DNA of 64,000 bases from a virus. The position numbers were made by a program, and so were the translations under genes. Positions 46,360-56,369 of this stretch are shown one piece after another (the stretch's first letter is position 1; every line of letters begins with the position of its first letter). The notes under the pieces were generated by a model. It was given only the letters and a program-made list of their open reading frames with translations, did not search any database and was not told the origin of the DNA. The stretch is taken from IMG/VR virus record IMGVR_UViG_3300044634_002329, positions 1 through 64,000 of that record; one strand, 5' to 3'.

Positions 46360-46617
46360 ATGAAAAAATGTATGCAATGTGGTGGTGCCACAAAAATGAA
46401 AAAAATGGCAAAAGGAGGTTCAATGAAATCTAGAGTTGGTGGACCAGCTAAAAAACCTTTTGCGGCTGGTATTCCTTATTTTACTGGTGCCGGTATGACA
46501 GGACCTGAATCTATGAAAACAGGTGGATTTGTTTCTGCACCTGTACAAACAAGATGTCCTCCAGGATATGTAAGAAAAGCATCAGGTATTGGATGTACTC
46601 CAATGGGTAAAAGATAA
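46360..46617 (+). CDS. small basic protein
   Basis: MQCGG, MAKGG, MKTGG motifs. Confidence 0.65.
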   Translation: MKKCMQCGGATKMKKMAKGGSMKSRVGGPAKKPFAAGIPYFTGAGMTGPESMKTGGFVSAPVQTRCPPGYVRKASGIGCTPMGKR

Positions 46618-46627
46618 TATATAAGTT

Positions 46628-47326
46628 ATGTTAAATAGTGTATTGACAATTAAATTAAAACAAAGAATCAATAAATTAGATTCTCAAGACTATGACAACA
46701 TAGAATGTTGGCAAGTTGTTGAGTCATTTAATAAAGCTCAAGTTGAATGGACTAGAAGACAACTCCATGGAATTAATCTTGTCAAAGAAGGTGATGAACA
46801 ATCTACTAGAAGAAAAGATGATCTTCAAGTATTATTAAATACATTACCGGTTACTATGACAGATAAAGAATATTACTATAAAGGAGCATTACCGGAAGAC
46901 TATTTACAATGGAAAAGAGTAGATGCTTATGCACAAAAAGATTGTTGTGATAATAGAAGAATGAGTGTGTATTTTGTAGAAGAAGGAAATCTTAATATAC
47001 TACTTAGAGATAAAGGAACACAACCAAACTTTGAATGGGCAGAAACATTTGCTACTTTAAAAAATAATGAGGTTAATATTTATACTAATAATGAATTTAA
47101 TATTCAAACTGTAGAATTAACTTTTTATAGACAACCTAGAAAAATTCAAATTAATGGCTGTGTTGATCCATATACTGGAATACAATCAACAGCAGATGTT
47201 ACATCTGAGTTTAAAGATGACATAGTAGAATTAATAATAGATGAAGCTGCTAGTATTTTAGCCGGAGACATTGAATCAGGAAATCAATATTCTAGAGGAT
47301 CAGAAGGAGCAGAACGTAATAACTAA
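46628..47326 (+). CDS. putative tail ring/adaptor protein
   Basis: NKLDS...FNKAQ...LPEDYL...YRQP; crAss-like synteny. Confidence 0.65.
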   Translation: MLNSVLTIKLKQRINKLDSQDYDNIECWQVVESFNKAQVEWTRRQLHGINLVKEGDEQSTRRKDDLQVLLNTLPVTMTDKEYYYKGALPEDYLQWKRVDAYAQKDCCDNRRMSVYFVEEGNLNILLRDKGTQPNFEWAETFATLKNNEVNIYTNNEFNIQTVELTFYRQPRKIQINGCVDPYTGIQSTADVTSEFKDDIVELIIDEAASILAGDIESGNQYSRGSEGAERNN

Positions 47327-47331
47327 TAACA

Positions 47332-47823
47332 ATGGAAAAAAGAATGTTAAAAAGACCAGCTAATCAAGAAGTAAAAACTACTGATTCTTCTGTCACACCA
47401 ATTAAAGTACAATCTACAATAGATAGTAATACAGGTGGTAGTTCACTAGATAATATGGTAGCATCTTGTGGAGTTGAACTTATGAATGCTAGAAATACAT
47501 TTCACAAGTTACATCTTAAAGTAACCGGGGAGGGTTCATATGCTGCTCATAAAGCTTTAAATAAGTTTTATGATGCAATTCCTGATTTTGTAGATACACT
47601 AATGGAAGGATATCAAGGAGCTGCTGAAAAAATATTAACATGTAAAGATGTTGCTCCTAGAACAGTAGATGATATAGCAGATGGAATAGCATACCTTAGA
47701 GAAATTTATGGTATGATTAATAAACTTCAAGGAAAATTACCTTATTCAGAAATAGTAAATAATCTTGACTTAGTTAAAGATGCCATCAATTCAACTAAAT
47801 ACAAATTATTATTCTTAAAATAA
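47332..47823 (+). CDS. Dps/ferritin-like protein (DUF5856-like)
   Basis: HKLHL...SYAAHKALNKFYD...D.LMEGYQG...TKYKL. Confidence 0.75.
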   Translation: MEKRMLKRPANQEVKTTDSSVTPIKVQSTIDSNTGGSSLDNMVASCGVELMNARNTFHKLHLKVTGEGSYAAHKALNKFYDAIPDFVDTLMEGYQGAAEKILTCKDVAPRTVDDIADGIAYLREIYGMINKLQGKLPYSEIVNNLDLVKDAINSTKYKLLFLK

Positions 47824-47886
47824 TTTTGATTAATCAAAATAAATTAGTATATTAAATATATATTTATCAATTAAAAACAAAAAACA

Positions 47887-49425
47887 ATGAGTTATTTTAA
47901 TCATGCTTTCCAAAAGACCTTTGTAGGTACTAATGGATTCACAGGTTTAAATGAAGGTAAATTAGGTACACCAGGAAATATTCTTTCTGGTGGAGAATTT
48001 GCTTTTGTTGATGCTAAAACATGGACTGTTTTGGCTACAGATGCAGAACCAGGATGTTGCAATCTTGTATTAGCTGCAGGTTCTATTTATCAAAAAGATA
48101 AAATCGGTCCATTTCATGGTGGTTATTTAGAGTCTAATAAATCTAAAGAAATCAATCCTAAATATGTAAGCCGTTTTTACCGTGTTGATCCATGTACTCC
48201 TTCTGCTAATGTTATTCACGTAGGTAAAACTCCTTACACTGCAGATGGTGTATTATCTTTAGCAATTACTGATGATGGTGCTGACCTAGAAGATGGTGTT
48301 TATACTGACATTCCATTAGTTGATACAACTGCACCAACAGGTTCAGGATTACTTGTTAATATTACTGTAGTAGATAATGTAGTTGAGTTTGTAGAAATTG
48401 TTAATGGTGGTACAGGATGGGTTACTGCAGATGTAGTTACAACTACTGTTGGTGAACCAATTCCTGCTATTGCTGGTGAAACAGGTACACAACCTACATT
48501 TACAGTTACTGCTGGTGTTGGTGCAAATTGTTGCAAAGAGTTCTTATGTGGTGAGACTTATAATTTACGTTTAGATGTAAAAGGTTCTCCTGCTATGAGA
48601 TACTTAAATCACAATGCATACTTAACAGTTACTGCTTACACAGGATGTTGTCCAGTTGGTTCTATTGCACCTTCTGCAGTTGACTCTACTGAAGTAATGA
48701 TTAAATGGGCACAACAAATTATTGATTCTCCAATCATTAATCCATTTATTTTACCAGTAGTTATTGACGAAGCTCAAATTGCATGGTATGCTCCAGGAAC
48801 AGATGCTAACTTCTTAGCTGCTTATAATGTTGATACTTGGGATCATTATGTATCTCCAGGACATACTGAAGGTGCATGTGCAGGATTAGTTCTTAATGGA
48901 TCTTATGTTGATACTAAGTTTGGTGATTGTACATTCCAAATTTCTGACTTCTATGAAGTTGAGCCAGTTAGATTGTATGCATCTGAAACAGATTTAAATG
49001 GTGATCCTTGTACTTTTGAAGGTATCTGTGTAGTTACAGAATGTCAAGGTTCTCAAGCAATGGGTCTTGGTGAGTCAGTAGCACGTGAGGTTATCTTGTC
49101 TGAAGCATATAGACAAAATTTCTTCTCTAGTGACTTCAGGATTCGTGAGATTACTCAAGGTAATTCAGTATTTAATTACATTGACCGTAATTCTTTGTAT
49201 ACAAGATACTACTTACAACACAATGTTCCACGTTTCAATAACCCATCAAGCACATTTGATAATGATCAATACTTATTGGAAATCATTACAGATGGTGATA
49301 TAGTGGCTTTTGAAGAATTTGTAAGAGGATGGTTAGAAAATTGTTCTCAGTGTCCAGAACTTGAAATAGTAGAATGTAAAACATCTTGTATTTCTGTTGT
49401 TCCTAATGTTAATACTTGGGATTAA
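47887..49425 (+). CDS. structural protein, candidate auxiliary capsid protein
   Basis: Own promoter and terminator; synteny. Confidence 0.6.
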   Translation: MSYFNHAFQKTFVGTNGFTGLNEGKLGTPGNILSGGEFAFVDAKTWTVLATDAEPGCCNLVLAAGSIYQKDKIGPFHGGYLESNKSKEINPKYVSRFYRVDPCTPSANVIHVGKTPYTADGVLSLAITDDGADLEDGVYTDIPLVDTTAPTGSGLLVNITVVDNVVEFVEIVNGGTGWVTADVVTTTVGEPIPAIAGETGTQPTFTVTAGVGANCCKEFLCGETYNLRLDVKGSPAMRYLNHNAYLTVTAYTGCCPVGSIAPSAVDSTEVMIKWAQQIIDSPIINPFILPVVIDEAQIAWYAPGTDANFLAAYNVDTWDHYVSPGHTEGACAGLVLNGSYVDTKFGDCTFQISDFYEVEPVRLYASETDLNGDPCTFEGICVVTECQGSQAMGLGESVAREVILSEAYRQNFFSSDFRIREITQGNSVFNYIDRNSLYTRYYLQHNVPRFNNPSSTFDNDQYLLEIITDGDIVAFEEFVRGWLENCSQCPELEIVECKTSCISVVPNVNTWD

Positions 49426-49446
49426 TCAATTATAAATCTAGAAAGG

Positions 49447-49480
49447 AAGGGGAGAGAGTTATAAACTCCTCCCTTTTTTT
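49447..49480 (+). terminator. intrinsic terminator
   Basis: AAGGGGAGAGAGTT...AACTCCTCCCTTTTTTTT. Confidence 0.7.
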
Positions 49481-49495
49481 ATTAAAAAATATATT

Positions 49496-50038
49496 ATGGC
49501 CAATCATGTATTAAGTTTAGAAGTACCTACAGTAATGAATTCTTGTATCTTAAAGATATTTGATACAAGTGTTTATAGTGATTTACTTCCAATAACTTGT
49601 CCAACATTAAATATTACGGTACCTGGTTTTGATTTTGCAAACCAGATAGATGTAACAGAAAACTTTTTTGGAACATATACAGCTTGTGATTTACAATTAC
49701 AAACAACTGATTGTGGTACCAGATATGTAGAAATACCAGATGGTATATACATTATTAAATATAGTGTTTCTCCTAATGATCAAGTATATGTAGAATATAA
49801 TCATATGAGAATTACTAAAGCATTAATTAGATACAATAAAGCATTGTGTGATGTTGATCTGTCTAATTGTGCACCTCCGGCTAAGTCTCAACAAAGATTA
49901 ACTGAGTTAGCTTTAATTAAAAGTTATTTAGAAGCAGCTAAAGCAAAAGTTGAATTTTGTCATGAACCACAAAAAGGTATGACTTTATATAATTATGCTC
50001 TTAGACTTTTAGATAAATTAGATTGTAGAAATTGTTAA
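49496..50038 (+). CDS. putative tail structural protein
   Basis: IPDGIYIIKYSV Ig-like segment plus helical C-terminus. Confidence 0.6.
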   Translation: MANHVLSLEVPTVMNSCILKIFDTSVYSDLLPITCPTLNITVPGFDFANQIDVTENFFGTYTACDLQLQTTDCGTRYVEIPDGIYIIKYSVSPNDQVYVEYNHMRITKALIRYNKALCDVDLSNCAPPAKSQQRLTELALIKSYLEAAKAKVEFCHEPQKGMTLYNYALRLLDKLDCRNC

Positions 50039-50059
50039 AATATTTAAAACCAACAAATT

Positions 50060-50242
50060 ATGGCAACATGTTCAAATTGTAAAGCAAACTTATCTTGTGG
50101 CTGTCAAAAAAGAACAGCTTCAGATAAAACATCTGTATGTTCAAACTGTCTTTCAAAATATGAAGCAAGTTTAAAAACTAGTACAGTTAAACCTGCTCCA
50201 ATCAGTAATCATATATGGGGAGCTAATAGATATAAAAAATAA
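50060..50242 (+). CDS. small Cys-rich protein
   Basis: CSNC..LSCGCQ...CSNC. Confidence 0.65.
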   Translation: MATCSNCKANLSCGCQKRTASDKTSVCSNCLSKYEASLKTSTVKPAPISNHIWGANRYKK

Positions 50243-50247
50243 AAAAA

Positions 50248-51720
50248 ATGGCTAAAGATATTTGTTATACTCTGTATCCTTGTGGAGACAATTACCCAGT
50301 TATATTTACAACTGATGATATACCAGGGGGTTTACTAAATACTCAAGTAACTATTGGTAATCCTAATCAATGTTATTGGTTAAGTACTAGTCCTCTTGGG
50401 CAATGCATAAATCCTATTAGTGTAACAATAACACCAGCAACTGATTGTTGTCCTTCTACTTGTTATTATGTACCAACAGGAGAGGTATTTTATATTAATG
50501 AATTAGGAGAGCAACATATTCAATTTGGTCCAATTCAATTTTGTTCTATTATTCAACCATTGTATAATAAAGGTACAGTAGTTATTAAATTAGGAGAATG
50601 TACTGAAGATGGTTGCCCATCATATTGTTACAAATTAGTAAACTGTGACGGTGTAACTGATCCTTTATATACTACTTCAGAAACTATGTTACCTTATGCT
50701 GTTGCAGGAACTACAGTAACTTTAATAGGGCAAGACGGATGTTGGGTACCTGAAATATCTGAAGATAATTGTGAGTGTGCTATTAATTTAATAGTTAATG
50801 AGACATTTGCTGATTGTTCAGAATGTATAGGTTATATTACATACAAACTTACAAACTGTAATGATAATACAGTAATATATACTAGTGATGATTTATCTAC
50901 TTATACAAATCAAACTGTAGAAATAGATCCATGTGATGGATGTTGGTTTGTAGAACAACTAGATTATCAAGGACCTTCTGATCAAACTGTTACAGTTACT
51001 CGTGTATTTGGTTCATGTGAAGCATGTAATAAAACATATTATGAATTAATTGATTGTGCTGGAATAGAACCATTTATTACTACTACTACAGATTTATCTG
51101 CACAACTTGGTAAGTTTATTACTTTAAAATGGTGTCCAGATGTATGCTGGGAAGTAACTGAAACAAGAGATGATTCAAATTCTACAATAGTATTTCCAAC
51201 AGGAGAATATGATTCATGTCCGGAATGTGCAATTGCTGTATTACCATGTGAATGTCAAACAGTAATAAATACGGGACTAACAGACACTTTAACTTATATT
51301 GATTGTACTGGAAATACAGTTAATATTACAGTTCCTATTGGACAAAGAAGTACTAAAATATGTGCTAAATTAATAGAGTCAACTCATGCAAATGTAATTA
51401 AATATGGTGATTGCATTAATGGTGTATGTCCTCCATTAGTTTATCCTAAAGCTACAATTATTCCTGGATACAATACACCTACATGTACTCCTGATAAATA
51501 TGAAGAAATAACATGTAGAGCTTCTGAAATACTTTATAAACAAGTTCTTCAAAGAAAATATGGTATTAGTAATTGTTGTCCAGAGGAAGACAATAAATGG
51601 TTACTTAAAAAAGAACTAATTGATATGGCAGCACTAGTTGATCCTGATTATACATGTGCTCCAAGTACTACTTGTAATTGTCCTCCATCTAATTGTAGTT
51701 GTAAGACTTGTAATTCTTAA
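50248..51720 (+). CDS. Cys-rich repeat structural protein
   Basis: Repeats YKL.NC...YT...CW.V...F.DC.EC. Confidence 0.7.
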   Translation: MAKDICYTLYPCGDNYPVIFTTDDIPGGLLNTQVTIGNPNQCYWLSTSPLGQCINPISVTITPATDCCPSTCYYVPTGEVFYINELGEQHIQFGPIQFCSIIQPLYNKGTVVIKLGECTEDGCPSYCYKLVNCDGVTDPLYTTSETMLPYAVAGTTVTLIGQDGCWVPEISEDNCECAINLIVNETFADCSECIGYITYKLTNCNDNTVIYTSDDLSTYTNQTVEIDPCDGCWFVEQLDYQGPSDQTVTVTRVFGSCEACNKTYYELIDCAGIEPFITTTTDLSAQLGKFITLKWCPDVCWEVTETRDDSNSTIVFPTGEYDSCPECAIAVLPCECQTVINTGLTDTLTYIDCTGNTVNITVPIGQRSTKICAKLIESTHANVIKYGDCINGVCPPLVYPKATIIPGYNTPTCTPDKYEEITCRASEILYKQVLQRKYGISNCCPEEDNKWLLKKELIDMAALVDPDYTCAPSTTCNCPPSNCSCKTCNS

Positions 51721-51754
51721 TAATAATTTGTATATTATATTAATAGATAAAGAT

Positions 51755-53398
51755 ATGAAACCATTAAATTTAGATAATAAACCATGTAGTCCCACATCAT
51801 CTAATTGTGTGATATGGTCTGGAAGAAATCTTCCATGTATTAATTTATGTACAGGTGATACTGTCACAGATGTAATAGAAAAATTAGCTACAGAACTATG
51901 TACTATTATGGATCAGTTAGATATCTCTAACTATGATTTATCTTGTTTTAATATTACAGCATGTCCTCCATCTAGTTTTACTGAATTGTTGCAATTTTTA
52001 ATTGAACAAATTTGTGATAGTCAAGGAGTATCTACTACTGGTAAAACTTTATCTTCTGGATGCCCTGATTGTGTAGTTACAATGGCACCATGTTTTATTA
52101 CAGGAACACAAACTACAATGCAATTAGTAGATTATGTTAATCTAATTGCATATAGAATTTGTAGCATTAGTGCTGCTATTACAGACATACAAGCTCAGAT
52201 TGTAGATTTAGATGTTAGAGTAACTATTCTTGAAGATGCACCAACTCCTACATTTACATTACCAACTATTACTGTAAATTGTACATTACAAGATTCCCCG
52301 TTTATTGGAAATGGTGGTCCGGCCACAGCAATTGATTTAGTGTTAGATGCATTAGTTAATGATAATAAATATGGGTATTGTGCATTAAAATTTAGAACAG
52401 GAGAACCATCAGATATCTACACTGCTATAACAACTCAATGTATTCAAGATGGTGATTTTACTTTATCAAATCCATTAGTAACATATGCTACTGCATATTT
52501 TGGTTCTTGGATAGATACGGCTGACATAGAAAATCTAGCAAATTCAATTACTAATATTTGGATTGTACTTTGTGACATATATAATGCATTTAATAACATT
52601 ACAATTAATGTTACAAATACAGATACAGTAGAACTTACTTACGTAGGTGGAATATTATCAGCTGATATAACAGATACTGGTTGGCAACCATTAAACGGTT
52701 TTGATCATTATACAGGAACAATGGCTACACAAAAACCTGAAGCTAGAAGAATTGGTAAAGTAATTCATTTTAGAGGTGATGTAATTATACCTTTAGATAA
52801 CCCTACTATACCAGGTGTAGTTGTACCTTTATCTTTACCAACTTCTTATTATAATGAACAAGGTTGTACTCCATTTACAGGAGTTGGCGGTGTTACAAGT
52901 AATGCTTTATTAGGAACTATATTTTTTAATAACGGAGGTTCTGTAATTCCTACAACTGTATTAGATTCATTAATATTTCCAGATGGAGTATATACAATGG
53001 GTTGGGTAACAGGAGTAAGACCTATTGAATTAACCGGAACATATGGTACAAGTTTAACCAGTTCTTTTATTGTTGGTATTAATGCTAGTAAACAACTATA
53101 CATTTCAACATTAAAAGATCTTGAAAATTTATCTACACTAGCTCCTAACAATGTTACAGGAGGATCTCCATTAAGATATATTACTAGTAATGTAAAAGCT
53201 GGGGATTATGTTCCTAATTTTATTAATGCAGCATCTTATGTTAATAGTGTTTCTGCAACAGGAGTTAATAATATTACTACTGAAACTGATTTTTCTGGAA
53301 CAGATTTACAATGGACTTTTGATTGTGAAGCCGGTAATTCAAATAATTTAGGAGGATTTAGTTTTAGAATAGATGGTTTAATATCTTATATATTATAA
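51755..53398 (+). CDS. tail fibre-like protein with Cys-rich N-terminus
   Basis: Start reassigned to MKPLNL; coiled coil; DTGWQPL...RRIGKVIHFRG. Confidence 0.7.
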   Translation: MKPLNLDNKPCSPTSSNCVIWSGRNLPCINLCTGDTVTDVIEKLATELCTIMDQLDISNYDLSCFNITACPPSSFTELLQFLIEQICDSQGVSTTGKTLSSGCPDCVVTMAPCFITGTQTTMQLVDYVNLIAYRICSISAAITDIQAQIVDLDVRVTILEDAPTPTFTLPTITVNCTLQDSPFIGNGGPATAIDLVLDALVNDNKYGYCALKFRTGEPSDIYTAITTQCIQDGDFTLSNPLVTYATAYFGSWIDTADIENLANSITNIWIVLCDIYNAFNNITINVTNTDTVELTYVGGILSADITDTGWQPLNGFDHYTGTMATQKPEARRIGKVIHFRGDVIIPLDNPTIPGVVVPLSLPTSYYNEQGCTPFTGVGGVTSNALLGTIFFNNGGSVIPTTVLDSLIFPDGVYTMGWVTGVRPIELTGTYGTSLTSSFIVGINASKQLYISTLKDLENLSTLAPNNVTGGSPLRYITSNVKAGDYVPNFINAASYVNSVSATGVNNITTETDFSGTDLQWTFDCEAGNSNNLGGFSFRIDGLISYIL

Positions 53399-53402
53399 TA
53401 TT

Positions 53403-53957
53403 ATGTCAACAAATAATACATGTAAAAAATGTGGATGTCAAGACCAAGCTTTGACTACACCAATAGTATACCCTACTCCGGCACCATGTCTTAAGCCGGA
53501 ACCATGTTCTGAAGCTTTTGATTCTCAATGTGTATATTATACAGGAGATGATATTATGTGTGGTACTGATATTGTAGTACATCAAGATGATACTATAGAA
53601 ACTGCATTAAATGATATAGTAGATTATTTTTGTACTAATGTCCCTGTACCAACAGCAAATATATTAAAAGTTACTATTAATAAAAATCTTTTAGATCCTT
53701 TAAAGTTAGATTCTACAATTGTAGGAGGTACAGGACCCTTTATATACAATTGGTCTATTGCTCAAAATGTATTTATGGGTCATAACTTTAATGGTTCTAC
53801 TACTATAAATAGTGCACTTTTTACTATAACTACTGATGGTATTCGCACTGTAAATGGAGATAGTTTATTTCAATCATTAATAAAGTTAGAAGTTACTGAT
53901 GTTAATGGAGCTTATGGTTCTGCATATTATACATTTTCAACAGTAACTGCAGGTTAA
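53403..53957 (+). CDS. structural protein (Cys-rich N-domain, SprB/PKD-like C-domain)
   Basis: CVYYTGDDIMC; GGTGPFIYNWS...VTDVNG. Confidence 0.65.
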   Translation: MSTNNTCKKCGCQDQALTTPIVYPTPAPCLKPEPCSEAFDSQCVYYTGDDIMCGTDIVVHQDDTIETALNDIVDYFCTNVPVPTANILKVTINKNLLDPLKLDSTIVGGTGPFIYNWSIAQNVFMGHNFNGSTTINSALFTITTDGIRTVNGDSLFQSLIKLEVTDVNGAYGSAYYTFSTVTAG

Positions 53958-53966
53958 AAATATTAA

Positions 53967-54030
53967 GTTACAGTTTGTTGGTTTCTGTGACAACAAAGCA
54001 AAGCCCCTGCACTTGTAGGGGTTTTGTTTT
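53967..54030 (+). ncRNA. candidate 3'-UTR small RNA: seed hairpin plus terminator
   Basis: GTTACAG-TTTGTTGGTTT-CTGTGAC then GCAAAGCCCCTGCA-CT-TGTAGGGGTTTTGT terminator. Confidence 0.5.
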
Positions 54031-54087
54031 TATACTATCTTTACATTTGTTAAATACAGTAATTTTTAGTATATTAATAGTAATAGT

Positions 54088-54669
54088 ATGAAAGAATGTA
54101 AAGCACCAGATGTAAAAGGACCACGTTATAGACCTGAAGTATATAATGTTTTAAACAAAGAGTTTTGTAATAATTTTAGAAAAAAATACCCAAAGTATAA
54201 AAACTTAGATAACATTACTATAAGAGCTATAATAAAACAATTTAATGAAACAATATATAATACAGTTATTGAAACAAGAGATGGTGTGCAATTACCTGAA
54301 TCTATTGGTTGGATATTTATAGGTACTTGCCAACAAAGTAAAAAAAGAAATATTGACTTTGCTAAGTCACAAAAATATGGAGTAACAGTTATAAATCAAA
54401 ACTGGGATTCAGATGGTAAGTTAGCTAAAATATTTTTTACTAGTTATGCATTAAAACACAAAATGAAGAATAGAGAGTTTTGGAGTTTTGTAGCTTGTAG
54501 AAATTTTAAAAGAAAAGTAGCTAAGACTTATCCTGAAAACTGGAACATGTATGTAGCAGTAGATCCAACAAAAAAAATAAATATGAATTATAGTAAAGCT
54601 TACTATAAAGATATAAAAGCTAAGGAAACTACTAAAGCTTTAAAAAACTATAATGAATTTGACTTATGA
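54088..54669 (+). CDS. IHF/HU-like protein
   Basis: IIKQFNETI...DGVQLPESIGWIFI; position before ring genes. Confidence 0.65.
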   Translation: MKECKAPDVKGPRYRPEVYNVLNKEFCNNFRKKYPKYKNLDNITIRAIIKQFNETIYNTVIETRDGVQLPESIGWIFIGTCQQSKKRNIDFAKSQKYGVTVINQNWDSDGKLAKIFFTSYALKHKMKNREFWSFVACRNFKRKVAKTYPENWNMYVAVDPTKKINMNYSKAYYKDIKAKETTKALKNYNEFDL

Positions 54670-55331
54670 CAACAATTGGAGAAGCAATATCAAGAGTAAG
54701 GCACACATTAAAAGCAGTTAATGAAGATGCTTTTTTAACTGATAGAACCATATATTTTTCATTACTAAAGTATGCTAAGTCTTTAATTAAAAGAGAAGAC
54801 AATCAATTTAGATTAATGAAGATGAGTTCTATCTTTTCTACTTTACCATACATTGAATTGATTGATGTAGATAGAATAGATGCTGGATGTCTTGGTGTAT
54901 ATTCCGGATGTTACTTTAAAAGATCCAAAGATAAATTACCTGAAATACTAAATGGTATGTTTGGCCCTATTATACGTACAGCATCTTCAATAGATGGTAG
55001 TATAGAAATGTTTAGAACAGAACCAGGTATATGGAGTTCAATGACAAAGTCAACTACTTTTAGATATAACAAAAATAAATACTTTTGGTTTTTAGATGGT
55101 TATTTATATTTTCCTAATTTAGAATGGGATGCTGTAAGAGTAGAAGCAGTATTTGAAGGTAGACTAGATACATGTGAAACTAAAGATGATTGCTCATTAA
55201 AACAAGATCAAGTATTCTTTTTACCTGAATACTTATTTAGTGAAGTTGAACAATATGTAGTTAAAGAATTAACCATGACTATATCAGTTCCTACAAATGG
55301 TCCGGATGATAGTCAAAATGCTCAAAGATAA
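54666..55331 (+). CDS. putative tail ring protein
   Basis: Synteny; YFWFLDGYLYF. Confidence 0.65.
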   Translation: MTTIGEAISRVRHTLKAVNEDAFLTDRTIYFSLLKYAKSLIKREDNQFRLMKMSSIFSTLPYIELIDVDRIDAGCLGVYSGCYFKRSKDKLPEILNGMFGPIIRTASSIDGSIEMFRTEPGIWSSMTKSTTFRYNKNKYFWFLDGYLYFPNLEWDAVRVEAVFEGRLDTCETKDDCSLKQDQVFFLPEYLFSEVEQYVVKELTMTISVPTNGPDDSQNAQR

Positions 55332-56368
55332 TGGATAGTAATTACACACTCAAATACAGAACTTTTGATCAACTCTTAGAAGATGTATCAATTGACTTTA
55401 GTACTTTTTCATTAGAGAATATGATTGAACCACAAACTCTAATTAAGTTAGCTAAAAAACTTAACTATGATTTAGGTCTTAGAATCAATCAAACTAGAGA
55501 AGCTATACTAGAAGTATGCCATAGTAGAGTTAAGTTACCAGATGACTTCTATACCTTTAATTACGGTATGATCTGTGGTGAGTATACAGTATTAACCGGA
55601 TATGATAGAGGTGGGACTAATATTCAAGAAATTCCATATAAAGAATTTCCTAGTACATTTGACCAATGTGCTGTACCTACAGTAAATTGTAGAACATGTA
55701 ATTCTAACCCATGTAACCATACAGCAGCATGTTTAGATAATGTTCCTCCAACTAATGTTATACCTACAGAATATGACCCTAATAATCCTTATGGTGATAC
55801 TTGCATTAAACCAAGAGTCTTTATGAACTGTAAAGGTGAACAATATGAACTTGTACAAGTAGTAAGCACATCTAATATTAGAACATATAAAAACATGCTT
55901 CCTTTTAGAATGATATCTAGTCAAGAGATTGAATGTGATTGTCCAAATCTTTATTATAATACTAGTAATCAAGGATGGATAAAAAATGGATTTTTATTTA
56001 CTACTTTTGAAGAAGGAAAAGTTTATATAAATTATCAAGGTGGAATGGAAGACGAAGACGGTAACTTATTGGTACCGGATCATGACTTACTTAATGAATA
56101 TTATGAGTATGCTTTAAAACAAAGAATACTTGAAAATCTTTATATGAATGGTGAGGATGTATCACAAAGAATGCAACTAGTAGAACAAAGAGTTAAAGCT
56201 GCAAGAAACCAAGCATTAACTTTAGTTAATACTCCAAACTTCCAAGAAATGTATAAACTGTGGTGGACTAATAGAAGATCACAATACAGTAAATATTATG
56301 ACATGTTTAAATCACATGCACCAGATAATGATTTTTATAGACGTTTTGGAAATAAAAGAGTAATTTAA
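55331..56368 (+). CDS. putative tail tubular/ring protein
   Basis: VKLPDDF...GKVYINY...DEDGNLLVPD; Cys-rich insert. Confidence 0.7.
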   Translation: MDSNYTLKYRTFDQLLEDVSIDFSTFSLENMIEPQTLIKLAKKLNYDLGLRINQTREAILEVCHSRVKLPDDFYTFNYGMICGEYTVLTGYDRGGTNIQEIPYKEFPSTFDQCAVPTVNCRTCNSNPCNHTAACLDNVPPTNVIPTEYDPNNPYGDTCIKPRVFMNCKGEQYELVQVVSTSNIRTYKNMLPFRMISSQEIECDCPNLYYNTSNQGWIKNGFLFTTFEEGKVYINYQGGMEDEDGNLLVPDHDLLNEYYEYALKQRILENLYMNGEDVSQRMQLVEQRVKAARNQALTLVNTPNFQEMYKLWWTNRRSQYSKYYDMFKSHAPDNDFYRRFGNKRVI

Positions 56369-56369
56369 T

